A stretch of 63,896 bases of DNA, the filler included, from Platydemus manokwari (taxonomy: Eukaryota), in the NCBI GenBank assembly GCA_037951405.1. It is 6 parts of 6 records of this genome, joined end to end, with 100 filler letters (N's around TTAATTAATTAA, not from the genome) between each part and the next. Parts side by side here need not be neighbours in the genome. Positions count along the whole stretch, not along the records: positions 10,102 to 23,978 come from JBBMOY011590299.1; positions 24,079 to 35,368 come from JBBMOY010794425.1; 4 more parts are not named here. One strand, written 5' to 3'. Positions within the stretch are counted from its first letter, which is position 1. Every line of letters starts with the position of its first letter. The translations under genes were made by a program, and so were the position numbers. Below, in pieces: positions 14,289-27,590 of this stretch. Under the pieces are notes generated by a model that was not told the DNA's origin, made no database searches, and was given only the letters and a program-made list of their open reading frames with translations.

Positions 14289-17104
14289 TTAAAATATAAT
14301 CATAAGTATAATATGAGTGTATCTTGAAAATAAATTATTAAACAAATAATTATGATAAAATACGTTTATTAATAATCAATGAAATTTTAATTTACACTTC
14401 AAGATACTATTGTGAACGATTAGAACCCTTCAGTAAAACAGTCAGGTGTGACCAACTAGTTGGCAAGACACCCCTGTGGTAAAAAAAGAAAATTGAAGAT
14501 AATAAATAAGAATCTTAAGGATTTGAGACCAACCATAATGCTATGAAAAGAGTTATGTGTTTATAATAATATAATTAAAATTTACTCATCATCTTGGATT
14601 CTAATAGAAATATAGCTGGTAAAGAAATCCTTCTGGTTCAGTTTCTGAATATAATTCTACGTTTTAAATTCCTCTGGCGCACTGTTTCTAGTGTAATATG
14701 ACAATAAGGTTTCTTTATGTTTCAAATAAATGCTTCGGAATAAATCAGAGTTTCGTAACAAACGATTATATTGAGCGCGTGAATTAGGTGTAAGCCAACC
14801 TAATTAATTTGTGCTTAGGCTGCATGAGTCATCGATTAGTGTTTTATTCCCTGTCTTGTTTTGTTAATAATTTTGGTAACTCTTCACATGCCATGCTTAA
14901 ATTCAGCAAAATCCAAATGTTTTTAGTTACTTAAGTTGCTAAATTGTCCTTCACAATTTTAGTAATGGTGTAATTACTGAAAATAGATTTAATAGACCTT
15001 GAATATTTTCTTGTTGTGATAAAATACAATTTTTTGCTTTATTTATTTTAAAAGTAAATTTTTATATAAAATTTATTTTTCTTTCTAAATACTTTGTTCT
15101 TTTGTTCATTTATTGATTTTTAACATTGTTACCTACTGTACAGTTGAATTTTAGATTTTTATATATTTATTTCTAATTAGTTTCGTTTTTAAATTTTAAA
15201 TTATAATATGTTTTCTTCCCAAACTAGTGTGTCATATTTTATGGGTCAAGTGGACTTCACAATTCTGATAACCAATCTTTTATAGTTTATTATGTTGTAG
15301 CTGTTTTATCGTCTGTTTAGTGGTCCTATTTTAAATTGTTAATTGACTTTGTTCTTTTAAACGTGAGTAATGTTGCTAATATTGACAATTTGATTTTAAA
15401 GTATGACTATCTGATTATAATTGCATTTTTAAATATTCATTATAACTAGATATCTAACATTACGCCAATTGACCTATATTAATATCTGAAAAAGATATGA
15501 TAAACTAACTAAACTCGATCAAGAAATTAAATGTACTGGAGCTCTTTTCTATTTTCTTCAAATTTAATAAATTTCTATCTAAATAACATAAATGCTGTAG
15601 GATTGACATGCCACACCGACTCATCTTGTAGGTAACATATATTCTGAAGTTTTCAAAATATGGAAACTTTCTGAGATGATAAATATCATTCGCTTAAATG
15701 GTAAATGAAAGCGAAATAAGAACGAGATTTGTTTTTAAAATAAACGTTGACATTTATAAAATAAATATTTTTATCAGGAGTCAATCAGAATAATAACAAG
15801 ATGAAAAATAATTTATTTATGAGGCGAAAAGAATACTTGCCGTTAATTTTTAATTTAACTTTAAAATAGTCAGGTTAAAAATATTTTCTAAAGATTTTTC
15901 TATAAAAACTTTGTCAACATAACAAAAATATTATCCTTATATAAATTTATAAGAAGACATTATTTAATACAGCCTGATTAATATACAAGTGTGTTGATAT
16001 TCCATTCAAAAATTAATCATTTTTCTTAATTTTCGTCGGATATTTGTTGAGTAAGTGAATAGATAGTATTCAAATTGCTAATGTTTAGCCATAATTTTTC
16101 CAAATGCCTATTTAAATTTAAAAAATAAGCACAAATTCAATTTTAAACAATCAACAAAGAATTGGAAAATATGAATTAATAAATAAGTTTATAATAATCT
16201 CATAACTGAATCAACCAACGTGAACTATGATCACATAATCAAAACAACTTAGTCACTAAATTGGACTATAAGCATAGCGGACAATCAAAACATTTTATGA
16301 ACGATAACAATAATATTAATCCACATATGAGATCAATGAAAAATATGTTTGATCTTTCAAAGAAAGTTTCTAAAATTTCAATTTGTGCTCATTAACTTTT
16401 GAGTTTATGTTGATGTTTCAAAACACACATGTTAGGATGAAATGAAGCAATAAATTACCATTTATACATTTTCTCAAACAAAAAATTGTCTTTGCGATCT
16501 ATTAATATATAGATTCATTATTGATTTTTAATTGCCTGAATTTGATAGATTAGACTAAAAGTATTATTTTTGTATAAAATATCTTCATAATTAATTGAGA
16601 AAGAGTTTCAAACGTTTTTGAGTTAAATATCCAAGAAAATAACATTTTTCTTTGTAACTGTATTATTTCTGAACTCTGAAATTTTTTCGAATAAATGATG
16701 GAAAACGAATTTAATATTTTATATAGTTTTTCGAAAATTAGGCAAAAACTAAATAGTAATTTCTTTGACAGTACATAGATAAGTAAATACAGCGAAATAT
16801 TGATTCATATTCAACATAAAAAGTAACATATCCATAGTAAATTTCATATAACTAATACGCACGCTATTCATCTTTAAAGCTTCTCGGCCATTCTAATTCA
16901 CTTTTCTCTCAACTTCTATGGTGTATTACTCAATTATTTCACATATCCCTTCATATTCATTACGAGAAGTTAAAATTAAGTAACAAAAGAGAGTAACATT
17001 AAGATTTTTTTTAATAAATTGCTTCTAAAAATTATAAAAATTTGGCGTGGGTTAGTTTGGGGGCGTTAAGTAATATTCATTCTGAAAAGTGAGCTGTACA
17101 CATG

Positions 17105-17123
17105 AAAAGTTTGGGAATCACTG
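17105..17123. mobile_element. Isolated hAT (Charlie/Buster-type) terminal inverted repeat
   Basis: AAAAGTTTGGGAATCACTG, reverse complement CAGTGATTCCCAAACTTTT. No partner end identified. Confidence 0.5.
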
Positions 17124-17434
17124 GTTTGTGAATGAATTTGTTATTTTAAACTTGTTCCAATATTTGAAAAACAAATACAACTATAAATGTCATGACTAAG
17201 AATTGTCTGGTTTTCCTGTTCACTATGTTAAAGAGAGCATTTAGATCATAACTGATACATACATTTAACATAATCAGTGAAGTAAAAAGAAATAAAATCT
17301 TAAATAATCAAGTTGTGTTTATTTATCCTAACAATTATTCAATAATAAAAGTCCATATATGTAAAAAAATCAACGCTTTGTTTTTATTAATATTAAAAAA
17401 ATTTGTCAGTTTTCAATTAGTATTGCTAAAATTA

Positions 17435-17684
17435 TTATAAAAGTCTCGGCAAAATAAATTTAGCTGCAAACATCAACAATGGTGCCGCAGTTGGGAGAGC
17501 ACCAATGAATCCATCACTACTATCACGATTGACTTGGGTACATGGTAATGATTTCTTGGATATTTTGGTGTGATGAAAAATATAATATGTAGACATATTA
17601 ATAGATAATCGTTATTTGCCACACCTCATCAAGCCCGCTAGCCAATATTAGGAATACAGCTGGGGATTGATGTCCAGGAGCAGT
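17435..17684 (-). pseudogene. Decayed duplicate of the last two exons of the neighbouring M17 aminopeptidase
   Basis: Translates TAPGHQSPAVFLILASGLDE|HTKISKKSLPCTQVNRDSSDGFIGALPTAAPLLMFAAKFILPRLL*, against the parent TPRGHQSPAAFLILASGLDE|HGKCSEKPLPYTHMDIAGSGGKIGALPTAVPLLTLASMFILPRLL*. Same intron position (17624-17573), but the acceptor reads CAT rather than YAG. Confidence 0.85.
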
Positions 17685-19006
17685 CCAAACCCACCTATCT
17701 CGGCTACTGTTTGTGGACATTAATCTCCAGCTGCATTCCTAAGATCTGAGGGTGACTTGAAATAATTATAATTCTACGGGAAATTCGTGTTGTTATACAT
17801 GACTTTTGAATGATTTCTTCTTCTATTAGAAATTTTTTATTAAAATGGTCCCATACGACTGAGTAGATGTAATAATACTAGATCGTTGCGTCTGAAATTT
17901 CTTGACTGATATGGTTAAATAATGAGTGCGTTGTAATATCAAACATAATATTAGACGCATTATAATATTGGGCATGCAGCTACCATTTTTCATGCGGATA
18001 TATATTATTTTCTTTTTTTGTTTCTTATTTTATATTTAATTTAGTCTATTATTATTCTGATATAACGGCCACACCATGATGTTCTGTGAATGTTTAGTTT
18101 CAACTCAGAGACCTTTTAATATTGTGGACAAATTGGAATATATTTATATGAATTAATCCTTTTTTATAAACTAACCCCGTCCAACCACTCTATTAACTAC
18201 ACTTAAACTATATGCGTAAACTTATGTCAATCATAAGGATTGCTGGCACATATAGGCCCAATCTTCAGCAAGTTATTCAATAAGAAGGGTACTCGACGAG
18301 AAAGCACTCGAGAGTCTAAATTAATAATAATAGGAGCAATAAACCGCTACAAACTCACGTAAAAGCCTAGTTATTGTTTCAAATAATAATTAATTTTTGT
18401 TTTATTTTGTTGTCCATATCCATTGCAATTGTTATAAATTTAATTATGTTTTCTTAAAAGCATTGACCGTTATCTCTGGTGTCAGATAACGCTTTATATA
18501 TATCTTTAAATGTTGGTATCATGTATACATATTCTAGAGATTCTTAATTTTAATATTTTAAAAAGCACCCTTGAAGCCAAAACTTCATTTATACTTAAAA
18601 ATATTTTCCAACAAAAAATTCCATTAGTTTCATTTAAAAATTATTATATAAATAATTTCTAGATATATGCCAGTATTTTAATAAATTACTTTGCACATAA
18701 AGAATTTATTTTCGGTACTGAAATTTTCAATTATATCAGCCAATTTTTAAATTATTATTATTACAATAAATTATTATTATTGTAATGATAAATGAGTTAT
18801 TGACTTGTAATATCTATTTAGTTATTTTATGATTTACTGAAAATAGAAATTATATTTAAAATCGAATTAAAAAACTCGGCAAACCATTTTGGTAGTTCAA
18901 ACAATTACGATTAATTTGTGAAGATAATTTATGAAGTCAAATCGAAAAATTATTTTTATTAAAAATCAAGTCTCGTAATCAATAACAATTATCATTCGAA
19001 TATTAA

Positions 19007-21914
19007 TTATAACAATCGTGGTAAAATGAACATCGATGCTAAAGTTAACAGAGGCACTGCCGTAGGAAGAGCGCCTATTTTTCCGCCACTGCCTGCAATA
19101 TCCATATGAGTGTAAGGAAGTGGCTTCTCGGAACATTTACCATGCTACAAAACCATTAAAAATAATCATCAGATTCTTATTAGAACATAAGCTACTTCAT
19201 CAAGTCCGCTTGCTAATATTAGAAAAGCAGCTGGGGATTGATGTCCTCTAGGTGTATTAATACTGGGTTTATTGTTGCATTGCAGAACGTCATCATATTC
19301 ATAGAAACCGCGATGGAATTCCATATCTTCTCGGCGAATCGTAGAAATCTTGGCAATAAGTAGAATAAAAAAATTATTAGATTATCTATCGGTACTTCAA
19401 ATGGTTCAGACAATAAATCACCAGCTTCTTGAAATAATTGGGGAATCCTTTTCTCGCATGAGTAAGCGTTTCCCATAATGGCCTAAAACATGTATTTATG
19501 TACAAAATACCGATTAGTGTTTGCCAAACCGTGTATTCCAATCCGTAAGTGCGTCTGACGTGACCGGTCAATGTGGCAATTGTATATAAGGAAGGATTAA
19601 CTGCTGCAAGAGCCTGATTACAACAGACACAATCAAAACTTTTTCTTTATGACATAATACCATTTCTTTAGCTTCGCATAACAAATCAGCCATGACCATA
19701 CGTCCCTCGGCATCGGTGTTGCCTACTCGAACACGTTTATTGGCTCTTGAAGTAATTATTTCGTCAGAAACATAGCTCTCTTCTCCAATGCTATTTCGAA
19801 CATACGCACAAAATCCGACGACCTTCAATTTTCGTGGCTTTAACAAGCTTAACGACTAAATATCGCCCAAATAATTATGAGCATTAATAATAAAAAATCA
19901 ACTTTAAAAAAGCCAGTAATAGCAGCTGCACCAGATTTGTCTCTATGCATTCCAATCATGACACCATTGATTTTTACATCAGCACCTCCAGTATCGTAAA
20001 TGATACCTTTACCAACTAAAAACACAGTTTCGTCAACCCCATCGTTGGAGTCATATTCGAATTTAACCACTCTCCCTTCATGTCGTGTTACAACTGGAAT
20101 CATTTAGAAAATGATTTTAATTTTAATTCTTACATTGTTTTTATAAAACCTTTATATTAAAACTTAAGTATGAGCATAATTATCCTAAATAAGGACTACT
20201 TAATATAAAAGATTCAAAAAACTAGATTAATTTTGAAATATCATTTCATCACATCTATTAATAGTAACTTTGTCTAGTCAAGCGATTTCCGGCCATTTTG
20301 AATTATAGTACATTTTCGAAAACAAATAATATTTTACTGAAGTTCGTGTAGTGCAAGAAAGGAGCAACCAGAGTTTCACTTCTAACAACAACCCTAGATT
20401 TGCAAAGAAAGAAAATATTACCTCTTAATGAATGATCAAAAAGAACACTAAAGTTTGAAGTTTAGACGGCCAATCTATTTCGACAAATAAAATTCCAAAA
20501 AAAATAAAATGTCTAATTCTTTGTAAAACAGTAAATCTCGGTAATAAAGGGAAAAAAATTAAATAGAAGTATTATTATTTTAAATAATGACAACTCCTGA
20601 TTTCAAAACTATTATAAACATCAAAATTTTAAGATGAATCCGAATGAATCTTGAAACTCATGTGATTTACATAATGTTTATATGTTATCAAGAAAAATCC
20701 TTCAAAACTCCTATCAAAATTAGTTAAATTAAAGATAGGGTCTGAATAACCCGCAGAGACAACAAAAAATTTCCATTTAGTTTAGGAGAAACGAGTCAAG
20801 TTAACATGTCCAAAACAATTAACGAATTCATTCAGTTAATTATCCAATCAAGTCAAGCTATTCAATTATTGATTAATTCAAATTTTATTTCAGGCGTACA
20901 ATTTCCATTCATGATCAATTTAAATCTGATTATTGTAATATAATTTTCGGACAAGAAATAAATGAACATTTTATTTCTTTCTGAAGGAAGGTACCTTATT
21001 CTACCTTGTAATTAGAACACAATCTAGTGTCAGTTAGATCTTGAGGGTGTCAATGCTCCCCCTAATTCCCACACGAACAAAAATCTTTCAAAACAAATTA
21101 CATAAATTCATTGCATATTTGCTGTTTTCATTAATGTTTCATTATTGAAGATTTAACTTAATATTAACGTACTGTTTATTTATTATTAATATTTGTACTA
21201 TTTTACAGGCAACTTAATTACTGAGAAGCTTCAGATTCTTGATGAAATGCATTATCATTAATATCGATTTTATATAAAAAAGATTAATCATCACTAGAGT
21301 CAATTAATTATTGATTAATCCATAAGGTCGTTCGTATTAAAAACATTAAATCAATCTTGTTGGCATTTCAGTAATATTTTTTAAAATGTTTTTCAATATG
21401 AAAAATGTTTTTTGTCATATTTAAAAGCATTTCAAAAAACGTCAACACAAATTACAACGATTTATCCTTTTGATTTCTTTGTGTAAATGGTTTCGTTAAA
21501 GGTTTATAAAATCATTTTAAAATTTACTTATGAAATATATTATTATTGATTTATGATTATTAGTTTAATTTAATTTTGTAATAATTAATACTATTATTAC
21601 ATCAATGTCATTCGTTAGTATCATAAATACTTACGAGACGCTGCTCGATTAACAGCATACATTAATGGATATTTAGCTTTATCAACAAGTTCTATAGTAA
21701 CTTTAATATCTGTGTCTTTGAATTCTTCTTCTATATACAAAGCAACATTTGGTGCCGACATTCTTTCAGGATCGGATCCAGCAATATCTCGTGTTACACG
21801 CCTCCCTTCTTCAAGTCTAGAAGCTATGTATACAGATTCCTCACTAACACCATAAATCCCGATACTGTCAAGCTTTTTAGATCTGGAAGGTACGTCGACG
21901 CGAATCTCAATAGG
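19007..21914 (-). CDS. M17 cytosol/leucyl aminopeptidase (W07G4.4-like/flatworm LAP-like), 5'-partial, 375 aa visible. Exons 21914-21635, 20093-19903, 19855-19661, 19613-19530, 19482-19396, 19348-19196, 19144-19007.
   Basis: M17 motifs VGKGIIYDTGGADVK, MHRDKSGAAA, NTDAEGRM, IATLTG and HMDIAG, plus subfamily motifs RDIAGSDPERM and YPLMYAVNRAAS. Six GT-AG introns (1541, 47, 47, 47, 47, 51 nt) give one continuous frame. N-terminal exons were not found in the window. Confidence 0.92.
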
Positions 21915-22867
21915 CTACGAGAAAAAACGAATTAATCAAGAAAAACAGAGTCAACACGTAAAAATCGTAATCGACTAAATGATCATTTCCAGCTTGTTGT
22001 AAGTAATCTTGTCAAATTCAAAGACTTAGCTGTAATCAACTTATTTATATGAACGGTTTAGCTAAAGAAAGATTTTATTATTTTTTGGAAATAATTACAA
22101 TATAAAACTATTTTATAATAATAACTTTTTGATTATTAATATTTATCATTCAATGTGTATAATAATAATTTATACTGAATAATATTATCATTCAACTCAA
22201 TTTTTGCAATGTATAAAAGTAATATTATTTTCATAGTTGGTAGAATGATCATTATATGAATTAAGAAATGGAAAATTCGCTTAAATAAACATTCAACATA
22301 TTCAAAATAGAATTTTTAAAAATTTAGGCAATATTTTACTTCTAATTCTATCAAAATATGCGTCATAAATAAATAATAGTTCATTTGCAATACTTATAAA
22401 ATATCAGGCTTAAATCCAGAAAAAGGTCCTTTGAATTTATGCGCGTGAGATAATTTTATAACTAAATTTTAAATATAATTGCGATGACTGGTTTATTCAT
22501 GTAATTCAGTTAATATCTAACTTTTTTGGATGTCTAATATGGAAAGAACATAGTTTTAAAACTGAATCCCCATTATAATCACAACACTTACATTATTATT
22601 TAAGTTTTTAGATTAAAATTTTTTAATGATAAATCGAATTCGTTAACTACAAACATGTTTAATAATATCATTGCTTATTTTTATAAAAAAATGGTAAAAA
22701 TTGAGAATATATTCAATAACTTCGAGCCGTTTTTCAAATAAACAAATTTTAGGATATTAATTATTTGATTTAAAACAACTAAAATTCTTCTTAAGTATTT
22801 AAATAAAAAATTCAAAATGTTTGTAAAGAATATAATTAAATACTTGATATAGAGTTTTGCATCTACT

Positions 22868-23170
22868 AATACCCGATCACCTATTTTAAAGTTATGTTGT
22901 TTTTCCATCTTTTCGTAGGCCTACCTATAACTTTCTTGACTATATTTTATCTGCAAAGCGGAACTTTTCCAAGCCGTTTGCATTCTATCCTGCATTTCGG
23001 TTTTATAGTCTTTCTCATTCATATACTGCGACGATTCATTCATATACTCAAGATCTATGGGCATTTTGTTGTCCCTTAGGTACATTAAATGGAAAGGGGA
23101 TTCCTTAGTTGTACTGTGTTCAATATTTCTGTAGGCATATAGACATGATCCTATATGCATATCAGCATGT
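22868..23170 (-). mobile_element. Ty3/Gypsy integrase C-terminal remnant, upstream of the first visible aminopeptidase exon (probably intronic)
   Basis: CLYAYRNIEHSTTKESPFHLMYLRDNKMPIDL...SQESY then, after a frameshift, HNFKIGDRVL. This is the typical Gypsy integrase tail (AYRxxxHSTTxxSPFxL...FxxGDxV). Confidence 0.8.
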
Positions 23171-23978
23171 TTTTGGTTTTTGCTGGTATATGATGAGTCA
23201 CTTCAATATTACTTTAAACTGCTTATTATATTATATTTTTCAGAATTTAATGTGCCATGAATATTTTTTCCGGCAAAAAATTCATTGGAAGTGACGAATA
23301 TTTTTGGCTATAATTTTATCAGTGATTTATTTATTATTAAAAGCCCATTTTAATGACGGGTTTTTGGACAAAAATATTTTACATTTTTTAATTACTTAGC
23401 ATTTTTCTAGAATCGATAGAATTATTCCATAAAAATTACCAACATAGAAATAAAATATTAAAACACTAATACTTTTATACATCAAAATAGTTACCAAATT
23501 AAAATATTATAGAGATTTGTTAATTTGTTAATGACAATTCCATACTTTTATATACCAATACACGAATAAAATAAAAGGCTGTCAATGATATAAAACAATG
23601 TCAATATTGATGGTCTCCTCATTTTGATGCCATAATAAAAATATAAACCCAAACCGGTCAATCAAAAACTCAGATAAAGTTTGTGGCGCATCAAAAAGGA
23701 ACATAATGTTTTATTTTGCGGTTCTTCAAAATTTAAAGTTAGTTGTGAATGCATAAGCATCAACCACTGGATTTTCTACAATCTTGGAGAGGATCAATAA
23801 AAAATTCAATCAACTATGATTCATAACAAATTATGGTTCTATCCAAACAAAATAAATCAATCGGAAATGATTGATTCAAAAATTCCAAATTTCTTTCAAT
23901 TTACTTGTAGGTGCCAGAAGAATATTATTGAAAGTGCAAATAATGATGTTATTCTTCAAATACACCAAAAGCAGAAAA

Positions 23979-24078
23979 NNNNNNNNNNNNNNNNNNNNNN
24001 NNNNNNNNNNNNNNNNNNNNNNTTAATTAATTAANNNNNNNNNNNNNNNNNNNNNNNNNNNNNNNNNNNNNNNNNNNN
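23979..24078. other. Assembly gap with linker
   Basis: N block with TTAATTAATTAA. Confidence 0.97.
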
Positions 24079-24209
24079 AACTAAAATTCTTCTTAAGTAC
24101 TTAAATAAAAAATTCAAAATGTTTTTAAATAATATAATTAAATAAACTATATAGATTTTGGCAATATACTCAACAAATTTAAAATTTCATTTTAGGACCC
24201 TTTTTTCAC

Positions 24210-24669
24210 TTTAACCAAAATTTTATATATAATTATATTAATTTTTTTAATATAATTGTAATTAAATATATAATTTGGAGTCGTAACTTTTCAGTTCGTT
24301 TTTAACGTGCGGTTTTCTAAAAAAGTATCACCTTACATGGCGACAAAGCACCTGGATACGATTCTGAGAAGATCAATGACTGAAAATTAAAAAAGATAAG
24401 GAGGAAGGAATATATAAAGAATATATAAAGAGGATATAAAGAAGGTAGAATAATTAGAGATTTTTACGTAGATCAATGAGTAGAGTATTCGATACAAAGT
24501 CAATGAAGAATACAAAGAAAATCAAAAATTTTAAAGGAATGGGGGTTTGAGAAATTTTAAATGACTTTAATTCAAGTTTTTTCTAAAATTGTAATTAAAA
24601 ATATAATTTGTTGTCGTGACTTTTCACATCGTTTTCAATGTGTGCTTTATAAAATAGAAACGGCTTACA
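24210..24669 (+). mobile_element. Miniature non-coding LTR retroelement (TRIM-like or internally deleted)
   Basis: Two diverged ~125-bp direct repeats (~24210-24337 and ~24546-24669), both ending CTTACA. PBS-like TGGCGAC directly after the first. Purine tract AAAGGAATGGGGG directly before the second. Interior ~208 bp with no ORF. Confidence 0.6.
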
Positions 24670-26041
24670 CTGATTATTGATTATTTTATAATTTTTCATT
24701 ATTATTATATCACCTGCTGATGTTCATAAAATGCTGTCAAGTATTTAAGTATAACAAGCAGTTTAAAGTCAGAAAATTGATATCAGGTAATTTTTTAATA
24801 AGAGGTGCGTAAAGTCTGACAATAAGGATATTTTAATTTATTGCTTAAACAATTCGATTATTTATTTAAACATAAAAATGTAAATAAACAAATAAAATAG
24901 CAAAAATTTATTAAAAAGATCTGTGAAATAAATAAATAAATAATGACGAAGAACTTCTCATAATTTTTGAGACATTGCATAAGAAATGTATTCAATGTAT
25001 TCAATGCAATGTATTCAATTTGAATTTTCACCTCAGTAACTGGCTTCTGGATTTATAATTGAGGGGGCTACAAAGAATTAATTGTAGAGATTCAGCAGAA
25101 AAATAAACACGATTAATTAAACTGAACTGTTGTCCGGTATAATCTGATAACAGAGCTATAAAAACGGTCTTATTTTTACGGTTGAATGGATCGTAATCAA
25201 CTACAAACCTGTTGGTCGATTGTGATGTAGAAAGAATTATCATGGTTCACAATGATGATGCATTGTATTATTTTGTCTTTAAATCAATAACGATCAGATT
25301 TGTTTATTTTTATTTAATTTTTTTATAATTTATTGATTATGGTGTAGCATAAGGAATGTCTTTGAGTGTAAATGTAAAATATTTGGATGGATCTGTGGAA
25401 AGTGGAGATAAATATGTCAAGCTTACTTTCAGAAGTAAGATTTTATTATTGATTTTGCTGTGCACTTTAACTGTACTTCAATTCTATGTTAATTAACTAA
25501 ATATTAATAGCTTTATTTGCGTTGTACAAGCATTTTGAATTACATAATTCAATATAAGACAAGATAATCCATTAAAAATCAAATTAAATAAGCCATAAGA
25601 GCGAGGTATTAGTAAATCGTAATTGATTATTGATCGCACTCATAATTAAAACAATCTTAGAATTCAAAGTTAATTATAACTGTAATAATATTATTATTTT
25701 ATTAAATATCCTTGCTGGGTCTACCTGATGTAGAGCATAATAAACTTCTTAATCTCACTTCCAAAGAAAAAATAAGTTGATGACTAAGATTTATTGATTT
25801 ATACAGTGTATAAATTTCATCTCCAACAGTAAATCACAAGAGAACGAGACCTTAAATAAATTCGTCAATAAGAATCGCACCTAGTTCGGATACAAATTTC
25901 AAATTTCCGGCAAAGGATCTACTAATAACCTCACTAGTGTTGCATAATACTACTATGGAACGAATATTAGCAGTGATAATAACTATTATTACTTTACTTT
26001 TACCAGTCTCTGGAATTACTACCTTCGAATATCCCTTACAA

Positions 26042-27590
26042 CAGAAGTGGCCAACTTTTGTGTACATAAGATCGACTTTTCATTTGAATAACGTCCTGTG
26101 ATCGACCTGTTGTCATTTGCGTAATCTAACTTTAAAATCAATGTCCAAGGAAATTAACGTAACAAGCATGAATGTTAAAATATTTATTAATTTAAATTAG
26201 GTAAGCACAAACAATGATTTAATTATTTTATTTTATTATTTCAATTTTAATGGGAAAACTGTCTGCATATCTTTAACTAAAAAATCATAATTCGGTGTAT
26301 ATCCAGTCAAAGATAATAATAACGAGTCATGAGTATGAGAATCAGTCAACAGAGAACTTTGTTTGCTTTTAGTTAACTTTAAATACGAAAACGCTGATTC
26401 ACAAAGGTACGTAGATCCGAAACACGAGTAAATATATTCACAACATTTCATTATGTAGGGATATTTAGCTCGGTTGACGTATTTCCAAAAATCGTTCTCA
26501 AATCTTCTGGCTTGTAATACTAAATCATTTTGGAAAATTATAATTTCATTTTCTCACCACACATGCTCCATAAGAAATACGTCAGAAATTTTTTGGCTAA
26601 TGCTTTTTACGCTTAAATCTTTTTTAAAAAGAAAAGATATAAATTCTACAATTTCTTAAATTTTTTCAAAATCCTGGAATCTTATTTCAAAATCTTTAAC
26701 AGCTTTTTGGATCTCTGCGACGTATTTATCAATGTTATAATTAATATTATTATGTTTATGTAGGTTATCTGCCATATTTGGAAAATGGGTTAGGTTGTTT
26801 TGTTGTAGATCTTCCATTAGCAAAACAAATTTTGTTTTGCATGCATGTATGCAGCTGATCATATCAATTACTGTTTTATTTTTACCCTGTAATTCTAAAT
26901 TTAAATGACTCAATATTGAAGTAAAATCGGTAAGAAATGCTAAGTCACTAAGCCAAGTTTCATCATTTTAAATTTTCACATTTTTCATTTTGGTCAACAA
27001 GAAAATTTATTACTTCAGGCAATAAATCACGAAATCTTTGTAGAAATTTACTTCTGTTTAGCCATCTTACATCATTATATAACAATAATTCAGGTTGTTT
27101 TTCATTGAGATGTACTTGAAATAGTCGCCGTTTACGGGAACTTGCTCGAATTGAATTAACAAGTTTAAAAGCTATGTCTATTACCTCTTTTGTGTTTAAC
27201 CTTTTGCTAGCTAACACATGTTGATGAATTATGCAGTGGTAGCTCAAAAGAGCTGGGAATTCATCTTCATTTTGACATAATGCTATAAATCCGTTAACGC
27301 GACCTATAATTGCAGCAGCTCCGTCCGCTGTTATAGAAACTAATTTAAAAAGAGGTACATAAATATCATCGAGCAAGTTTTTAAACGCTTTGAATATATA
27401 TATATATATATATATATACCTCTTGTCGTTTCTTTTAAAGAAATCATGCCCAACAATTCTTCTTTAAATGTAAAATATTGAAAAACCATACGAATGAAAA
27501 CAAGCAATTGTGTTGTAACACTAACATCTGTGGATTCATCACATTGAAGAGAGAAGCAAGAACATCTACTAATATCAATATATAACTGTA
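26042..27590 (-). mobile_element. Defective hAT transposon, Buster/Charlie/SPIN group (GTF2IRD2/EPM2AIP1-like transposase), 5'-truncated
   Basis: Motifs FSLQCDESTDVS, SITADGAAAIIG, YHCIIHQHVL, DVRWLNR, LAFLTD, LNLELQG and FGSTYLCESAFS, broken by frameshifts and stops. TIR CAGAAGTGGCCAAC at 26042, preceded by the 8-mer CCTTACAA, which fits the Buster NNNTANNN target. Confidence 0.92.

Noticed and set aside
25028-25243. 71-aa - strand ORF as a possible aminopeptidase 5' exon
   Set aside because: No similarity to M17 N-terminal motifs, and it ends in a stop. Left unassigned.
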